A DNA stretch of 64,000 nt from Raja brachyura (taxonomy: Eukaryota): assembly GCA_963514005.1 (NCBI GenBank), contig OY740816.1:17980001-18044000 (forward strand). Direction: 5' to 3'. A model generated the notes under the pieces. That model was not told the DNA's origin, ran no database searches, and saw only the letters and a program-made list of their open reading frames with translations. Position numbers and translations under genes: made by a program. How positions within the stretch are numbered: the first letter of the stretch is position 1; each line of letters starts with the position of its first letter. Shown here piece by piece: positions 26,621-39,700 of the stretch.

Positions 26621-27026
26621 ATGTTTGAAGTCTTTGTGATACAAGATGGATTTTGCCTCATCTTTTGATGTTGATAAATTTAAACTTGCATTGAATGGTG
26701 AAACATTTTTCCTCCCTCCCCGCTCTCATTCCAATCTCTCAAATGGTTGGGCATTTCAATGCAAATGACTGGTACCAAGCTACTGAAAGGCCTGACTGAT
26801 TTAATTGTTCCCAGTTATCACTGCTGTGTGGACATGCTCACTTTTGAAGGTTGAGTTTTATCTCTTCTGTAGATAAGAGTGTACAGTTAATGCCAGATTT
26901 GGGCATTCCACACAGCCACATAATCACATCCTTGTTTGTAGAGTATTTGAGAGATCGAGACACTGGTTTCTTACGAAACTGTCTTATACGGACAGCTGCA
27001 ATATTGAGACTCAGTTGCAATGATAT

Positions 27027-27740
27027 TCAAGTCAGAAGTCAAGAGTGTTTTATTATCATATGCACCAAAATGGAACAATGAAATTCTTGCTTGCAGCAGC
27101 AGCAGCACAGTAAGTTTCTAAGCACAGTACTCAATAGATAACATTATAAACAAACATAAAGAAGAAGTTAAAGAAGAAGCTGTATTTGGATCTGGACATT
27201 ACAGTTTGCAGGATCCTGTACCACCTTCCGATGGCAGGAGTGAAATGAGAGCATGGGTAGGGTGGTGTGAGTTCTTGATGATGTTGGCCGCCTTTTTCAG
27301 GCAGCACCTCCAGTAGATCCCTTTGATGGTGGGAAGGTCAGTACCTTTGATGGACTGGGCAGTCAGTATACACCACTTTTATCTCCTTTGTTCCTGAGCA
27401 TTTGAGTTGCCAAACCAGGCTGTGATGCAACCAGTCAATATGTGCTCTACCGTACAGCTGTAGAAATTCAAGAGTGTATTCATCAACGTTCTGAAACTCC
27501 TCCATCTTCTAAGCTAGTTGAGGCATTGATGGGCTTACTTTATGATTGTATCAATGTGCTGTGTCCAGGACAGATATTCAGAGATATGCACACATAGGAA
27601 CTTGAAGTTATTGACCCTCTCCACAAATGTTCATGCATCCTCAGCTGCTTCTTCAAAAGCCAACAATCATTTCCGTAGTTTTACTGATGTTGAGAGCAAG
27701 GTTGTTTTTCTGGTGCCTTTCAGTCAGATGATCAATTTCA
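27027..27740 (-). mobile_element. Rex1-type LINE 3' fragment
   Basis: Reverse complement of the 1550-2350 region (gtcaagagtgttttatt...gatgcaaccagtca...acttgaagttattgaccctctccac). Confidence 0.82.
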
Positions 27741-30264
27741 AGTGATTTTTGGATATCTAATGCACTGGCAACATTTGTCTGTCTTTTTCATTCTGTATAC
27801 TGGAATGCAATAATGAGATGAAACCTGACCACTTTGCAACTGATGCAACACTTCCCACTGAGCACGAAGACACTGAAATGAATTGTACACTCATGGTCTT
27901 GGTTGAAAATGTTGTGGGCCAGAAATTTACTCCTTAAAGAAAACAAGAATTAGTTTTAAATGAAAACCTATACGACTACAATTTCTAGATTTCTTGATGT
28001 TTGTATGGTTCCGACTTGAAGCTGCAACAAAACACTACTTATTTGTTAGACAGCATGCAGTAAGCAGTCTCTCAACCATCAGATCAAATCTTTGCAATCC
28101 AAACACATTTAGTCATGAATGGTGGTGGACAGGAAGATGCTATTGGGATGCAACAACAGCTCATAGTATATCCCCATACTTGACAATGGTGGGCAGCTGG
28201 TACATTAGTGCTGAAGAAGAAGCCAATGCCTTTGCCATTGATAATGATACATTTCATGGTGAAACCTTCACAGAAGACAGTGTTCAATCTATTTGATTCA
28301 CTTCATGTGACATGAAACTCACCGAGAACCCTGGCTATAATATAGGCTGCTGGCTCCATTGTAGAACTGCAGTTGATGAACTGTCTCCAGCCAAGCTGTT
28401 CCAGATGCAACACTGATATCTGCTTGATCATATGGCAAAATGACCACATATACCGTTCACAAAAAGAAATACAATTTTACATTACTGCCTACTCTCAATC
28501 TTTACTTAACAGTGCTGACAATTGGCTGCTGCCCAGTTTTGGTTTTACTTCGGTGACTCCACTCCAAACCATTGATCAAAAGAGCCAGCCACATCAATAA
28601 TGTGGTTATGGGACCAGCTCAGATACGATTATCTTTCAGTGAACTAATCATCTCCTGAAGCCTTATCACAATTCGGGAGTGTGTTGAACTTCTCTCCCTT
28701 TCCTGGATCGGTGGCTGCGCCGTGTGCCATCCACAAATGCACTGCAGTTTCTCATCAGGACCATGAGGAAAGGTCTTCCCAAGCCAAAAACCTCTCGTCA
28801 CCAAGAAGAATAGGAACGTTAGGCATTTGGGACTTTAGCATGTGCAGTTTCCCCTTTGTACTGCACATCATCCAGATTTGGAAGTGTATTGCTATTATTT
28901 CATCATTGCTTGTTCTAAATCCTGGTAGTCATCGTCAACAATGGAGTTCCTTCACAATGCTTGTTCACCACCTCATTTTCAAAGGCATTTTGAGATGTCA
29001 ATAAATCCTGGCCTCTCAAAAAAATAAAAAGGTTTTCCTTTGGGTGTCGTTCCATTCTTGAGCCGAACAATTTTGTATAAGCTTGGATGATGATATGGAT
29101 GCAGCAATTGCCTTTCTGCCCTAAGGCCTTGTGTTTTTTGTGGTGTGGGTAAGTTGGAATGGTTTTGTACTCTAGATCTCATTACAGTTATTCCTACTGA
29201 AACCCAGAAAGCTATAATAATGCTTGGCTGTAATATGTCCAGTGTTGATAAATGTGTTAAATCATGATTATGCTCAAACAATGAGGTTGTGGGTGGAACC
29301 ACACTGTAATGCTACTTTTGAGCTATTGTTATACTTAACAAGTATTTAATTGTAAGTAAAATGGTCTTGTGTGTTTTATGTAAATGAATGGAATGATGCA
29401 AATATTTTTAAAAGTCAGTTATTTAAGAAATACATTAATGTACGAAAGCATAATCCTCCTTGTTCTTTGGTTAAGTTTTCTTGATTACCATGTTGTAAGG
29501 TATCTTATGTGGAAGTGAAGTTTTTCTGGTTGCCGTATTTCTTGTCCCCCCCCGGTGTCTTTGCCTGGCTATAATGAAGGAACATTGTGGTAAGAGACCG
29601 TGTTAATGTGAGTCTCCAGTGCCAGCTGATTGAAAGTGCTTTAGATACATTGTTACTAGCATAGGGTCAGATAACAATGAACAGTTCATTATTTGGAGAT
29701 TTAACTAGAGAATTTGTTCAAGCAATTTCTTAGGGAAGGTAAATTCTACAAAGAATAAAACATCAAAGATTTTTTAAAAAGCACCATCAAAGATTTTGTA
29801 AATGATAGCTAGGAAGAGAAAGCAGGACTCCAATAGTTTAAAGTACATGGGACTATGCCATCATTTTGAGTATCATGATGTATGTTAAATCAATAACCAT
29901 GGGGTAAGGTAAAATCCAAAGTAATAATATAGAAGTAATCTTTGAAAATTCTTCTGTAATATCTTTAAATTAATCAAACAAGTACAGGGATCTGCGCAGT
30001 ACCTGTTCATGTTACTGAATATTCTTCTTAACTCTACTTTTGTCATGACTAAACACAAGTCACACACTGTTTGGAAGGTTTGTGGCAAATCTGCACATAA
30101 ACTAACATTTTGTTCCATTGATCTCCTAACCCCTGCAAATAGAAATGTTGCCATTATGAACAGCTATCTGTTCTCTTAACGTCTTCCGTCTTAATCACTC
30201 ATGATCCTCACCTTGGGAGGAACGTTTTTCTTCCCGACCCCTGCTCTCCTGTCAATAAGTCTCT

Positions 30265-30909
30265 TGTAGACACTAAAATCTGGATTATCTCAGCGGTTCA
30301 GGCATCATCTCTGGAGAGAAGGAATGGGTGAATTTTGGGTCGAGACCCTTCTTCAGACTGATTAGGGATAAGGGAAACGAGAGATATAGACGGTGATGTG
30401 GAGTGATAAAAAACAATGAATGAAAGATATGCAAAAAAAGTAAAGATAAAAAGGAAACAGCATCTAGCCTCACTCTGACAATGGCAGAGACAGAGTAAGG
30501 CTAAATGCAAATTGGAGGAACTGCATCTCATATTTCGCTTGGGCAGCAGTGGTATGAATATTGATTTCTTTCATTTCAAGTTGCTCTCTCTCACTATCTC
30601 TTTCTCTTTCTCTTTTTCTCTCTTTCTCTTTCTCTCTCTCCCCCCACCCAAGTAGCACTAGCTTTTCATTTTCACCTTACAAACTTTATCACCGTTACTT
30701 TTTTACATATCTTTCATTCATTGTTCTTTATCTCTCCACATCACAGTCTATATCTCTCGTTTCCCTTATACCTAACCAGTCTGAAGGAGGGTCTCAACCC
30801 GAAATGTCACCCATTCCTTCTCTCTAGAGATGCTGCCTGTCCTGCTGAGTTACTCCACATTTTTGTGTCTATCTTTGGTTTAAAGCAGCATTTGCAGTTC
30901 ATTTTTACA
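30265..30909 (+). mobile_element. 5'-truncated Penelope-like element: inverted pLTR, GIY-YIG ORF tail, pLTR
   Basis: 12-bp TSD caataagtctct at 30253-30264 and 30910-30921; 30491-30580 translates QSKAKCKLEELHLIFRLGS/SGMNIDF, like the Penelope endonuclease C-terminus; about 200-bp inverted arms. Confidence 0.85.
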
Positions 30910-31299
30910 CAATAAGTCTCTCAAAGTCTGCCTTACATGCATTTTAAGTTTGGACTAGCTGTATTTAACCATTAACTTGCCTTGCTTCATTTGGGCCACT
31001 GCTATTTAGTTCAGATGTAGTAGTTGCTGAAAATGACAGTTGACAATAGTTGCAACAGGTTGTACATTTCAAGCCATTAATTTTCATTGTTTAGCAATGT
31101 TCTGCATCTGTGACATGTGTAGAGTCTGACATGGGAAATGGATAGATAAAAAGCAGGAGTCCAGTTGCTGTGTTTTTCACAACGCATTAATCAATGTGGA
31201 GCAAGAATTTGTGTCATTGTTGCTTTGAGATTAGTTTTGGGGTGCTAATTATGGCCAGGTATGATTATCCTATAATCATTGGGACAAGTAGAAGAACGT

Positions 31300-31441
31300 G
31301 GGCGACACGGTGGCTACTGCCTTACAACGCCAGAGACCCGGGTTCGATCCTGACTATGGCCGCTTGTCTGTACAGAGTTTGTATGTTCTCCACGTGACCT
31401 GCGTGGGTTTTCGCCGAGATCTTCAGTTTCCTCCCACACTC
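31300..31441 (+). mobile_element. HE1-like V-SINE, 5' half
   Basis: gacccgggttcgatcc B-box and V-domain gtttgtatgttctccacgtgacctgcgtgggttt. Confidence 0.85.
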
Positions 31442-32296
31442 GTACCATAGAAAAGTATACACCCTGGTCAGTACACAAAAGTAAATGCTCATTAATATTT
31501 GCTCCTGCACAAATCCTCATCTATGAATGTTTCACCAGCAAAAATCTATGTCTCTTGTGAAGAAGAAATGAACTGCCGGCTAATGAACTTTGCCTGAAGT
31601 TACTTTTGAGACAGCAAATAATTCATAGCTTATCTAGGTTGAAGGACAAATTTGTGAATTCCATGAATTGCCAGCACTACCTTATCAGAGTATGTTATTG
31701 ATGAGTATTGCCTTGTCTGTAACTGTAACCTGATATTTGGGCCTATGCCTTATTTGCATCTAGCAGTCATTTATGCTTATACTGTGCTCACGTAGATTCA
31801 AGGACAATTTCTGGCCTGTTTAAGTTTATAACATGATAGCAATAAATGGAGACAATGTTCTTTATGTTCCACTGTTCACTTCAATGTGAGTGGGTGCAGT
31901 AATGGAATGATCAGAGTCCTGAATCCTGTTACATTAAGCAATAAATGACATGAACTGTCTCCGAGAAAAGTTATGTTTGGAAGCTATAGGACAAAATACC
32001 AGGCTATTTCCAGTGATGTCCACCATTTAACCTGCCTATTATCTACTCGCCTCTTGATTTCAGACCCATATATTACTTAAATTTTGTATATAAATCTATA
32101 ATTCAAGAAAATTAACGAGATTAAATAAAGACAACTTCAGATGGTGAATAATTATTTTGCCAGAGCTACGCAGCACGTGCACAAACTGTGGTGCAACTGT
32201 GTGAACTACTGACGTTTTAAATCATTTTTTTCACACATACATTAACCTCTAGCCATTTTACTATTATTTCATCTGAATCGGAAATGTTTAGCTCCT

Positions 32297-32332
<36 letters not shown>

Positions 32333-32503
32333 GATAAGGAAATGGCAAATTAATTCAGCAAATATTTTGACGTCATGGACATGAAAAATCTTCCAGAAAT
32401 ATTGTGGGTCCAATGCAAATGAGGAACTAAAATAAATGAGTATAGAAATTTACAGATGGAGTTAATATGCCTGAAAATGAATAATATATACAAATTATAT
32501 ATA

Positions 32504-32566
32504 CAGTGCCGTCCATAATATTTGGGACAAAGATCCATCTATTTATTTGCCTCTGTACTCCACAAT
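32504..32566 (+). mobile_element. Tc1/mariner terminal inverted repeat fragment
   Basis: TA followed by cagtgccgtccataatatttgggaca, a typical Tc1-type terminus; no partner end seen. Confidence 0.6.
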
Positions 32567-32585
32567 GTCTTGAAATATCTAGTAT

Positions 32586-32898
32586 AGATTTAGTTTAGAG
32601 ATACAGCGCGGAAACGGGCCCTTCAGCTTACTGAGTCCGCACCAACACCGAGTCCAATCCCCGCACATTAACACTATCCTACACACACTAGTGACAATTT
32701 ACACTTATATCAGCTAATTAACCCACAAACCTGTACGTCTTTGGAGTGTAGCAGGAAACCAAAGATCTCGGAGAAAACCAACGCGGTCACGGGGAGAACG
32801 TACAGACTCCTACAGACAGCACCCGTAGGCGGGATCGAACCCGGGTCTCCGTCGCTGCAAGTGCTGTAAAGCAGCAACTCTACCGCTGTGCCACTGTG
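32586..32898 (-). mobile_element. HE1-like V-SINE, near full length
   Basis: Reverse complement of the 50320-50630 copy. Confidence 0.88.
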
Positions 32899-33431
32899 AT
32901 TGATGTGATTTGGGCATTTGCATTTTTGGAAGGCTTCTGATTTCCACTCAAGGGGTTGGTGGAAAAGGTTTGAGCACATGGAATTGGGAGTAATAGACTA
33001 GCTTGAATTCAGAGTTGGACAGCGAAAAACACAGTGGGTATAAATTGTTCCCTTTCATTGAGTGCCATGGGAATTGGAGCTTTGGTCCCAAATTTCCACA
33101 ATTGTTATTGACACTTTAGCCAAGGGGACAAAATGTAACGTTTCTAATGACACTAAATAGTGTGGATGTGAGGTGCTGAGGATGTGAAGAAGTGATAGAG
33201 TTAAGTGATTATCTGTTTTGGTAGAAAAATCAGAAATGCTGAATTTTTAAAGCAATCAAAGGGACTTGGATATCCTTGTAAACCGAAAGCACAGAATCCC
33301 CTTCCAAATTATTTTCATGGATGTGGTTTACGAGCTGGTGTAAACAAAATAATAAACTAATTCTATTAAGCAATAATATGAACTTGTTGGAGGGACTGGG
33401 AGCTCTCCTGCTTTCTTAATCTTTACTCAAA

Positions 33432-33528
33432 GGTAGACACAAAATGCTGGGTTAACTCAGCGGGTCAGACTGCATCTCTGCAGAGAAGGAATGGAGTGAC
33501 GTTTCAGGTCGAGACTCTCTTCAGACCG
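33432..33528 (-). mobile_element. Penelope-derived pLTR single arm
   Basis: Minus strand reads ggtCTGAAGAgagtctcgacctGAAACGTCactcc. Confidence 0.8.
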
Positions 33529-34034
33529 ATTCATATTAATGTAACAGTTGACTAATCTTTATTCATATTAATGTAACAATTGTTAGTTATTGTGGAATGT
33601 GTGTGAAATGAATAAAAAATGTATTTGTCAAAATTGCAAAGCAAACTAAATTAAGTGGGAAGGTATGTCAAAATAACTTTATACTCTAAGTAATTAAGTA
33701 TGATGGCTGCGTTAAAGTAGGAGCTCATCGTCGCTTTATATTGAGTGAAGACATTTGGGTTGATTCAATCACACTTGATTGCCCTAAATGAATGCTCATG
33801 AAGCTGCTGGAATATCAAGACTCATAAGTTGCTGTCTTGGACTTGGGTAGTGCGTTGCTAAAATCATTCTGATTCAAAGCATGAAAATAAATTGCAATGT
33901 GTCCTGTCCGTAAATATAATTCTCAGTGTTTAACCTTGACCTCACGAGGACGATTCAAAAGCACTCTACAATGATTGAATCCAATAAGCCCGGAATTTGA
34001 ACTTGTGCTTAAATTAATAACTTTAATGTGAATG

Positions 34035-34570
34035 CAGGTCGTTCTGCTATAACGCGTGTTTCATCCACTCAGTGGATGGAACACAATTGATGAGTTGGGG
34101 AACATTTAGTTTTATACAGGCTGAATTTGTTATATGATTTGTATGGGGAACTAGAGAACCACTTAAAAAGTTACTTTGGAAATTGACAAGCAGAAAAAGA
34201 AAGCCCCTTTGGGGAAAATAAAAACAGTCGGGTGTTTCCAAATAACTTCCCTGCAATAATCAGATGCCGTTGTGTCTTAAGAACAGTCTGCAAGTTTCAC
34301 CTCAGATACCCATTGAAATTGACAAATAATCCTATGATATTGAAATCCATTGAAATTGACATTGTGTGATACTTTAATATTATCAATATTCAATATTCAA
34401 AATATTTTCAGTATTAAAAAGTCCCTCATTTGTAACTTGGTTATTGTGAATCTAAGATGCTCTTGCCCCAGACCCTCCTTTCTCCATTGTCAACATTGTT
34501 TTAAAAACGTGATTTTCTGTGACACGAGATTTCATTCGAACGCAATTATCACATTGCAGCAGAACTGAGT
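34035..34570. mobile_element. Tigger/pogo-like MITE
   Basis: Termini caggtcgttctgctataacgcg / acattgcagcagaactgagta; same family as 25430-26228. Confidence 0.68.
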
Positions 34571-34946
34571 ACTATTCCGTGTGAGGTCTTCTCTACTTGG
34601 AATGACTTCATTGTTTTGCTGTCCCTTTTTTACTGACCCCAAATTTGTAACCTGAAGTGGTGTATTCTGCATTTATTTTTGTTTGCAAAAAGTGAATTTC
34701 CTCAAGTGATAGACCTTGTCATACATCTGTTGTTTCTTTAATTATTATTCTCTATCCACTTATATTAGGAGAAAACTATAAAATTATCAATTGGTTAAAT
34801 ATTTTAGAGTTTCATTCTTTTACACAGAATATGTTTAATTTGGTTGTTATGAAAAGAGTGTTTGTGTAGTGTTCTACAGGGAGAAGTAGCGTTATGAATT
34901 GAGTCCATTTGCTTATAGGTGCCCTGATGGTGGGTTGCAGTAAATT

Positions 34947-34998
34947 GAAGAGGGAGCTTGACCCAAGCTCCCTCTTCCTTGTTCCTGATTGCTTCCAC
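34947..34998 (+). repeat. 42-bp direct repeat copy 1 with a 14-bp foldback arm
   Basis: gaagagggagcttg-acc-caagctccctcttc hairpin (34947-34977); 34957-34998 is identical to 36667-36708. Confidence 0.95.
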
Positions 34999-35305
34999 CT
35001 AATTAACTTGAACAGTCAGAGGTTACCCACTTTAACTTCATTTTGGCTGATTCTTCAAATTGAGTTGAAATGACACTTATTGAACTTGTTTAAAACATTT
35101 TAAGAATAGATTAAGTAAGAATTGTGACTCCTTCCTAATGTATTAATGTACAACATTGTCTTAAGTAGTGCCCATAATTGATAGTAATCAACAAAACCCA
35201 AAGGTAAATTGCAACTTAAAACTGTAGAGAAGCCAGTTAGTTTCAGTATTGATGTTTAGCAGACTACTTAGTCCTGTTACTTACACAATAATTCTCTTTG
35301 TACAG

Positions 35306-35428
35306 CTGAGAAGCATGACGTAAGCATGGATGTGGGAGGCCCTTCAAGGATGAGAAGCAGCAGCAGTTCTTCTGAGTCAGACAGTAGCAGTGACTCCAGC
35401 TCCTCTGAGAGCAACGACTCTGAAACAG
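35306..35428 (+). CDS. BRD4: BRD4 exon, SEED/CPS region ([41 protein letters not shown])
   Basis: ctctttgtacag|CT acceptor, CAG|gttagc donor, 123 bp, phase 1-1; matches human AEKVDV...SSSDSEDSET. Confidence 0.95.
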
Positions 35429-36666
35429 GTTAGCGTCAATTCTTTCAGTAATTGAGCCTGTTGCTAGCCTGGCGCTGGCAAAGTCTGTTTCCCCTCTGCC
35501 CCACGTACTCTCTGTAAACCACCCATCGTAGTTTCCAACCGACAACCAGTGACTTCTAATTATCACTGCAATACATACAGTTTGCCAGATTAATGGAGCT
35601 TTTTACCAGTAGTTCCTTGTGTTAAAAGAACAACATGTCTGGAAGAAATTCTAGAGCTAGTCTGTTTAAGCTGCATAGAAAAAGTGCAATAATGCTGACA
35701 GTGACCATTGAAAGCCATAAAAAGAGCTTAAGTTGCACTTAAATTAGAAAGCAGCTTCAACAGAGAAAATTGTTTTGCTCTTGGAAAAAGCAGGATTGTT
35801 TTTTTTCTACCTCGTCTTTTGAAAGATCGACGTTTGACTACCAGCAAATGAAATTTGCTTCACCTGTCTAAAAAAAAAATGTATGAAGGATTTCTGGTCA
35901 GGACATGCATTTGGAATGCTGTTTACAAAACATGGCGTTCACCTGAGTGCAGTTCGTGTAGCATTTCAGATGGTTGGTGCTAACACAGATCTGCTGTGAA
36001 AGGGGCAGGTTTCAAGATATTCCCCAACTCCATGTGCACTGTGGACTCTTGCGCAGTAAGGTACATGTGCATTGTCTAAATTTGATTATAAAAACAGTGA
36101 GAGGACAGCAAAAGGAGGAGAAAAAACCTGGTGGGCTACAGATCTTTATCCTTTTCAACTGTTACAATTGGCAAAAAATTATCTACATCCTGCATTCTAC
36201 TACTACACCTTCATGGCCGTCGACTCAGTGAGATTTCGCATTTAAAGCAAGTAAGCTATTTAATTATGTACCATTATTTTTTACTATTGTAGAAAACGCC
36301 CGGTTAGTTAGTTGCAAGGCTGTCCCTTAATCTTGGAGCCAGTTATTTCTAACTTATGCTTGTATATTTTCTCTTGCGTCAGTCATAGTTTAAAAATGAT
36401 GGTCTTGTAATTTACCGCCTAGATGTTTCCACTTAACTATAATTTTCAGAAAATACCAGTTGTGCATATATGACCACGTCAGATTTTGTTAATTGTCACT
36501 ACCCATAGCAAAGAGTCATTGCTGAACATTTGAACAAAAATCCTATCATATCCTGTGATCTGCCTATTAAGTTGCACACCATTAAAATATGTTTAATACA
36601 CAGGCTTTCATTCACTCAAGAGTTCTGCCCTGAAGATTGTTTGAGGGCTGCAATTTGACAGGACCC

Positions 36667-36708
36667 CTTGACCCAAGCTCCCTCTTCCTTGTTCCTGATT
36701 GCTTCCAC
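36667..36708 (+). repeat. 42-bp direct repeat copy 2
   Basis: cttgacccaagctccctcttccttgttcctgattgcttccac, identical to 34957-34998. Confidence 0.95.
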
Positions 36709-39700
36709 TGACTGCAGAGGAATTGTCTCCAGTGCTGACTCGTAACCTAGCTAATTTTGAAATGTGGAAAAGTGCAGTCAAGTTTTCTGGAAGCTTGTTT
36801 TCTAGTTTTGTACATCATTTCAAATTTTTCAACTCTTCAATTTTGACCTTCGGAGTTCTTTAGTTGCTCTCCTTTCCCGCTCTCTATCTCCCCCCCCCCC
36901 CACCCATCCAAATGTCATGAAATCAAAGTATTTTTTCCACTGAAATATCAGTAATTGATATTCTGATGAGGGATAACTGAACAAAAGGTTTCTAATTAAC
37001 ATTATGTGCACCTCCAGTTTAGTGGGTAAATTTCATTATGTACATTAGTTGGTCATTCAAGATTCGGTTACAGAACGATTAAGGTGCTCTTGCTGTGTGT
37101 ATTTAATATATCCAAGATAATTGTCAACAGTTTTATTTTTGTAATGTTCATGCGTGTTACGGTATGTATGGTCTTTGGATGCTGTGATTTCTTACACAAA
37201 TGCTATCTTTGAGATGAGTTAATTTTTTTAGTTGTAAGCTGTACCTTTCTACAGATTGAATTGTGTAATAGCCACAGAGTGCAGAGTTTGGAACTGAGAG
37301 GTCAGCCGGCTGCATATTACATTGTTCCTGCTGTGATTATCATATAAGTACAAGATAAAATCTTGTAATGGGGCTGGGTCGTAGATGTGAGGCAATGTAA
37401 ACTGCACAGAGTTGGGAAGTCCAAAAGCTTCCTTCAGAGTTAACACATTGGCTTTAGTAAATACATCTAATCAAAATACAATTCCAAGTATTGAGAAGTA
37501 TTTTTAAATGTACAGGACAGCTCGGTAATATTGCACCATCTGTCTTTATTTTGTGAGAAGGCAATAGCCTAATTTTAGAGAGCTAACATTTTGAGATGTA
37601 GCAAACGCGATTTAAACCAAAACAAAAAGGTTGAAGTATATGGAACCATTTTTTTCAAAGATGTATAAAAATTTGCGAATTGTCTGCCAACAATGGATAT
37701 ATGCCTGTGAAAACTAGTTCAGACACGTGGATTTTGTGTGATTCCTCAAATTTCTACGTTATTGAATTTGGCAATGAAAGTAATATTTCATATTCTTAGA
37801 TATGACGGTCACAAATCTTTTGGACGAAACATTGTCATTAAATTCATATTTCGTGCTTTGCTGTAGCTCGCACTGCTTAAAGTTATCAAGCGTGCGCTCC
37901 TAGATATCCATATTGGATGTTAAGATAATTTGATTACTAGAGGCAGCACAGCATTGCTTGATTGAGTTCATCTCCAATACCCTATTCCCATGTAGATGTG
38001 TGAATTTTCAATCGGATGCTGTAGAAATGCTCGAGACTTGGTCTTCCAATGAGAATTTTGTGATATAATGCCAGCTGTTATATTCTGGTTCAAATCCACT
38101 CATTCACCACAGATTAATATTCAAACCTCAAACCTTTCTACTGTGCCAAGCATTGGTTTCACCTTCAGATTGTTGGGGCCTGATCTCAGTCATCCATGTA
38201 CACATCATATTATGCCGGTGTATTAAGATGTGATCAGATTTTCAATCTAAATGGCCGGCTTTGTACACAACTTAAACACCTATTACAGTTCATATTGTCT
38301 TTACAGTATATTTTACTGTTGAATTTTCAGCAAGGTTTGCAGAGATACAAATTGTGCTTTGGAACTTTGGAATATTTCCTTGCGTTATATGCCACAGGAA
38401 GATTTTACGTTTTAACCTGTTTAGTTGCAATGATGCAGAGAGCATTTGATTTTTGTTCTTCAGATCAGCTCCCACCTTTTGGAAATTTATGGCAACCCCC
38501 ACTGAGTGTGAATTTTCTGCAGTAACGATTTCTTTGTGCATTTTTGTCCAGAGGTTATTGGTGCTCCTATCAGCTTTTGATTCTCCCGAGGCAGAAGAAT
38601 GTATAATGGAGCACAAGTCATTGAGTGAAAGAAGAACAAATGACTTTATTGACATTCAAATTATTTGGGGAGTTGTCACCCATTGTGTGTATTGCATCAC
38701 TTATATTTGTATTAAATTCTTCCAACCACTTGGTGATCTGACACAAAAGGATAAATAGTTTCACCCTTGTCATGCAAGTAAAAATCTTCTCTTACCTGTC
38801 AATAACCTTTCGTGAAATTCTTATGGAAGTGAAGTAATCTACAGTATCACTGTATGTGACTTTGCATCTTTCTTTAATTTATTGAGATTTGTGACAGTAT
38901 TTCAAGTCTGGTGGATTTAATGCACTTGCATCAAACCTCTTTCCACTGAATATTTATCATGATTGCTTTCACCATTGGAAGTTACAATCTCACTTATTTG
39001 TCACTGTAGAAATTGACCAGTATGGAAATATTGGTTCTGTTTTTAAAGGCAGGTGATATTTGAGCCATTCAGAAGTGTTGGTAAATTTGAAGCCACCGTT
39101 TCAGCTCATAAATATTTCAGACTGAACATTTTGAAATTCTTTAACTTTACTCTTTAATTTTTTTTAAAGTGCATTAAAATTTGTACACATGACATGCATG
39201 ATTTTAAACACTGGTGAGACTTGCTTTTTTTAGAAAAAAAGTGTATAAATAAAAATATTTAATCTGCAGGTTTTCAAACCTTGATATTTCTGTCGGGGCA
39301 AATTCTGTGATGGTATGGTTAGTTTTATTGTTGGTATACTTACGCTGGAGGTGTTTTTGACTGTGGGGCTGGACATTTGCCTTTGAAAGAGTCTTGGCCG
39401 CAAGTCTAAAATGCATTTTTTGGAGAAAAGTTAATTATGTGGCAGCCTTATTTTGTAACAAATTGAATTTGCCTATTTTGGAACTAGAATCCTAGCCTTT
39501 TGGATAGGAATTGGTGCTGCAATCGTTTTTAGGATTGGGTTGAATTATTCTGGGAATGGTGCTGTATGGTCTCTGAAAAAGGACCTGATTATTGTGCATT
39601 TGCTACTACAGTTTAATATATCACTTTAAATCTAAATTGACGTGGGATCAAGGATGGTGCCACACTTGCCAGTCTCTCGACCACTTGTCAGTCTGGTGAT

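Noticed and set aside
32297-32331. Long G homopolymers (also near 3505, 25620, 45355)
   Set aside because: Simple slippage tracts, mostly within repeats, with unreliable length; no further structure.
36627-36660. gccCTGAAGA...agggc hairpin near the second 42-bp repeat as a hammerhead
   Set aside because: No GAAA box or compatible three-way junction.
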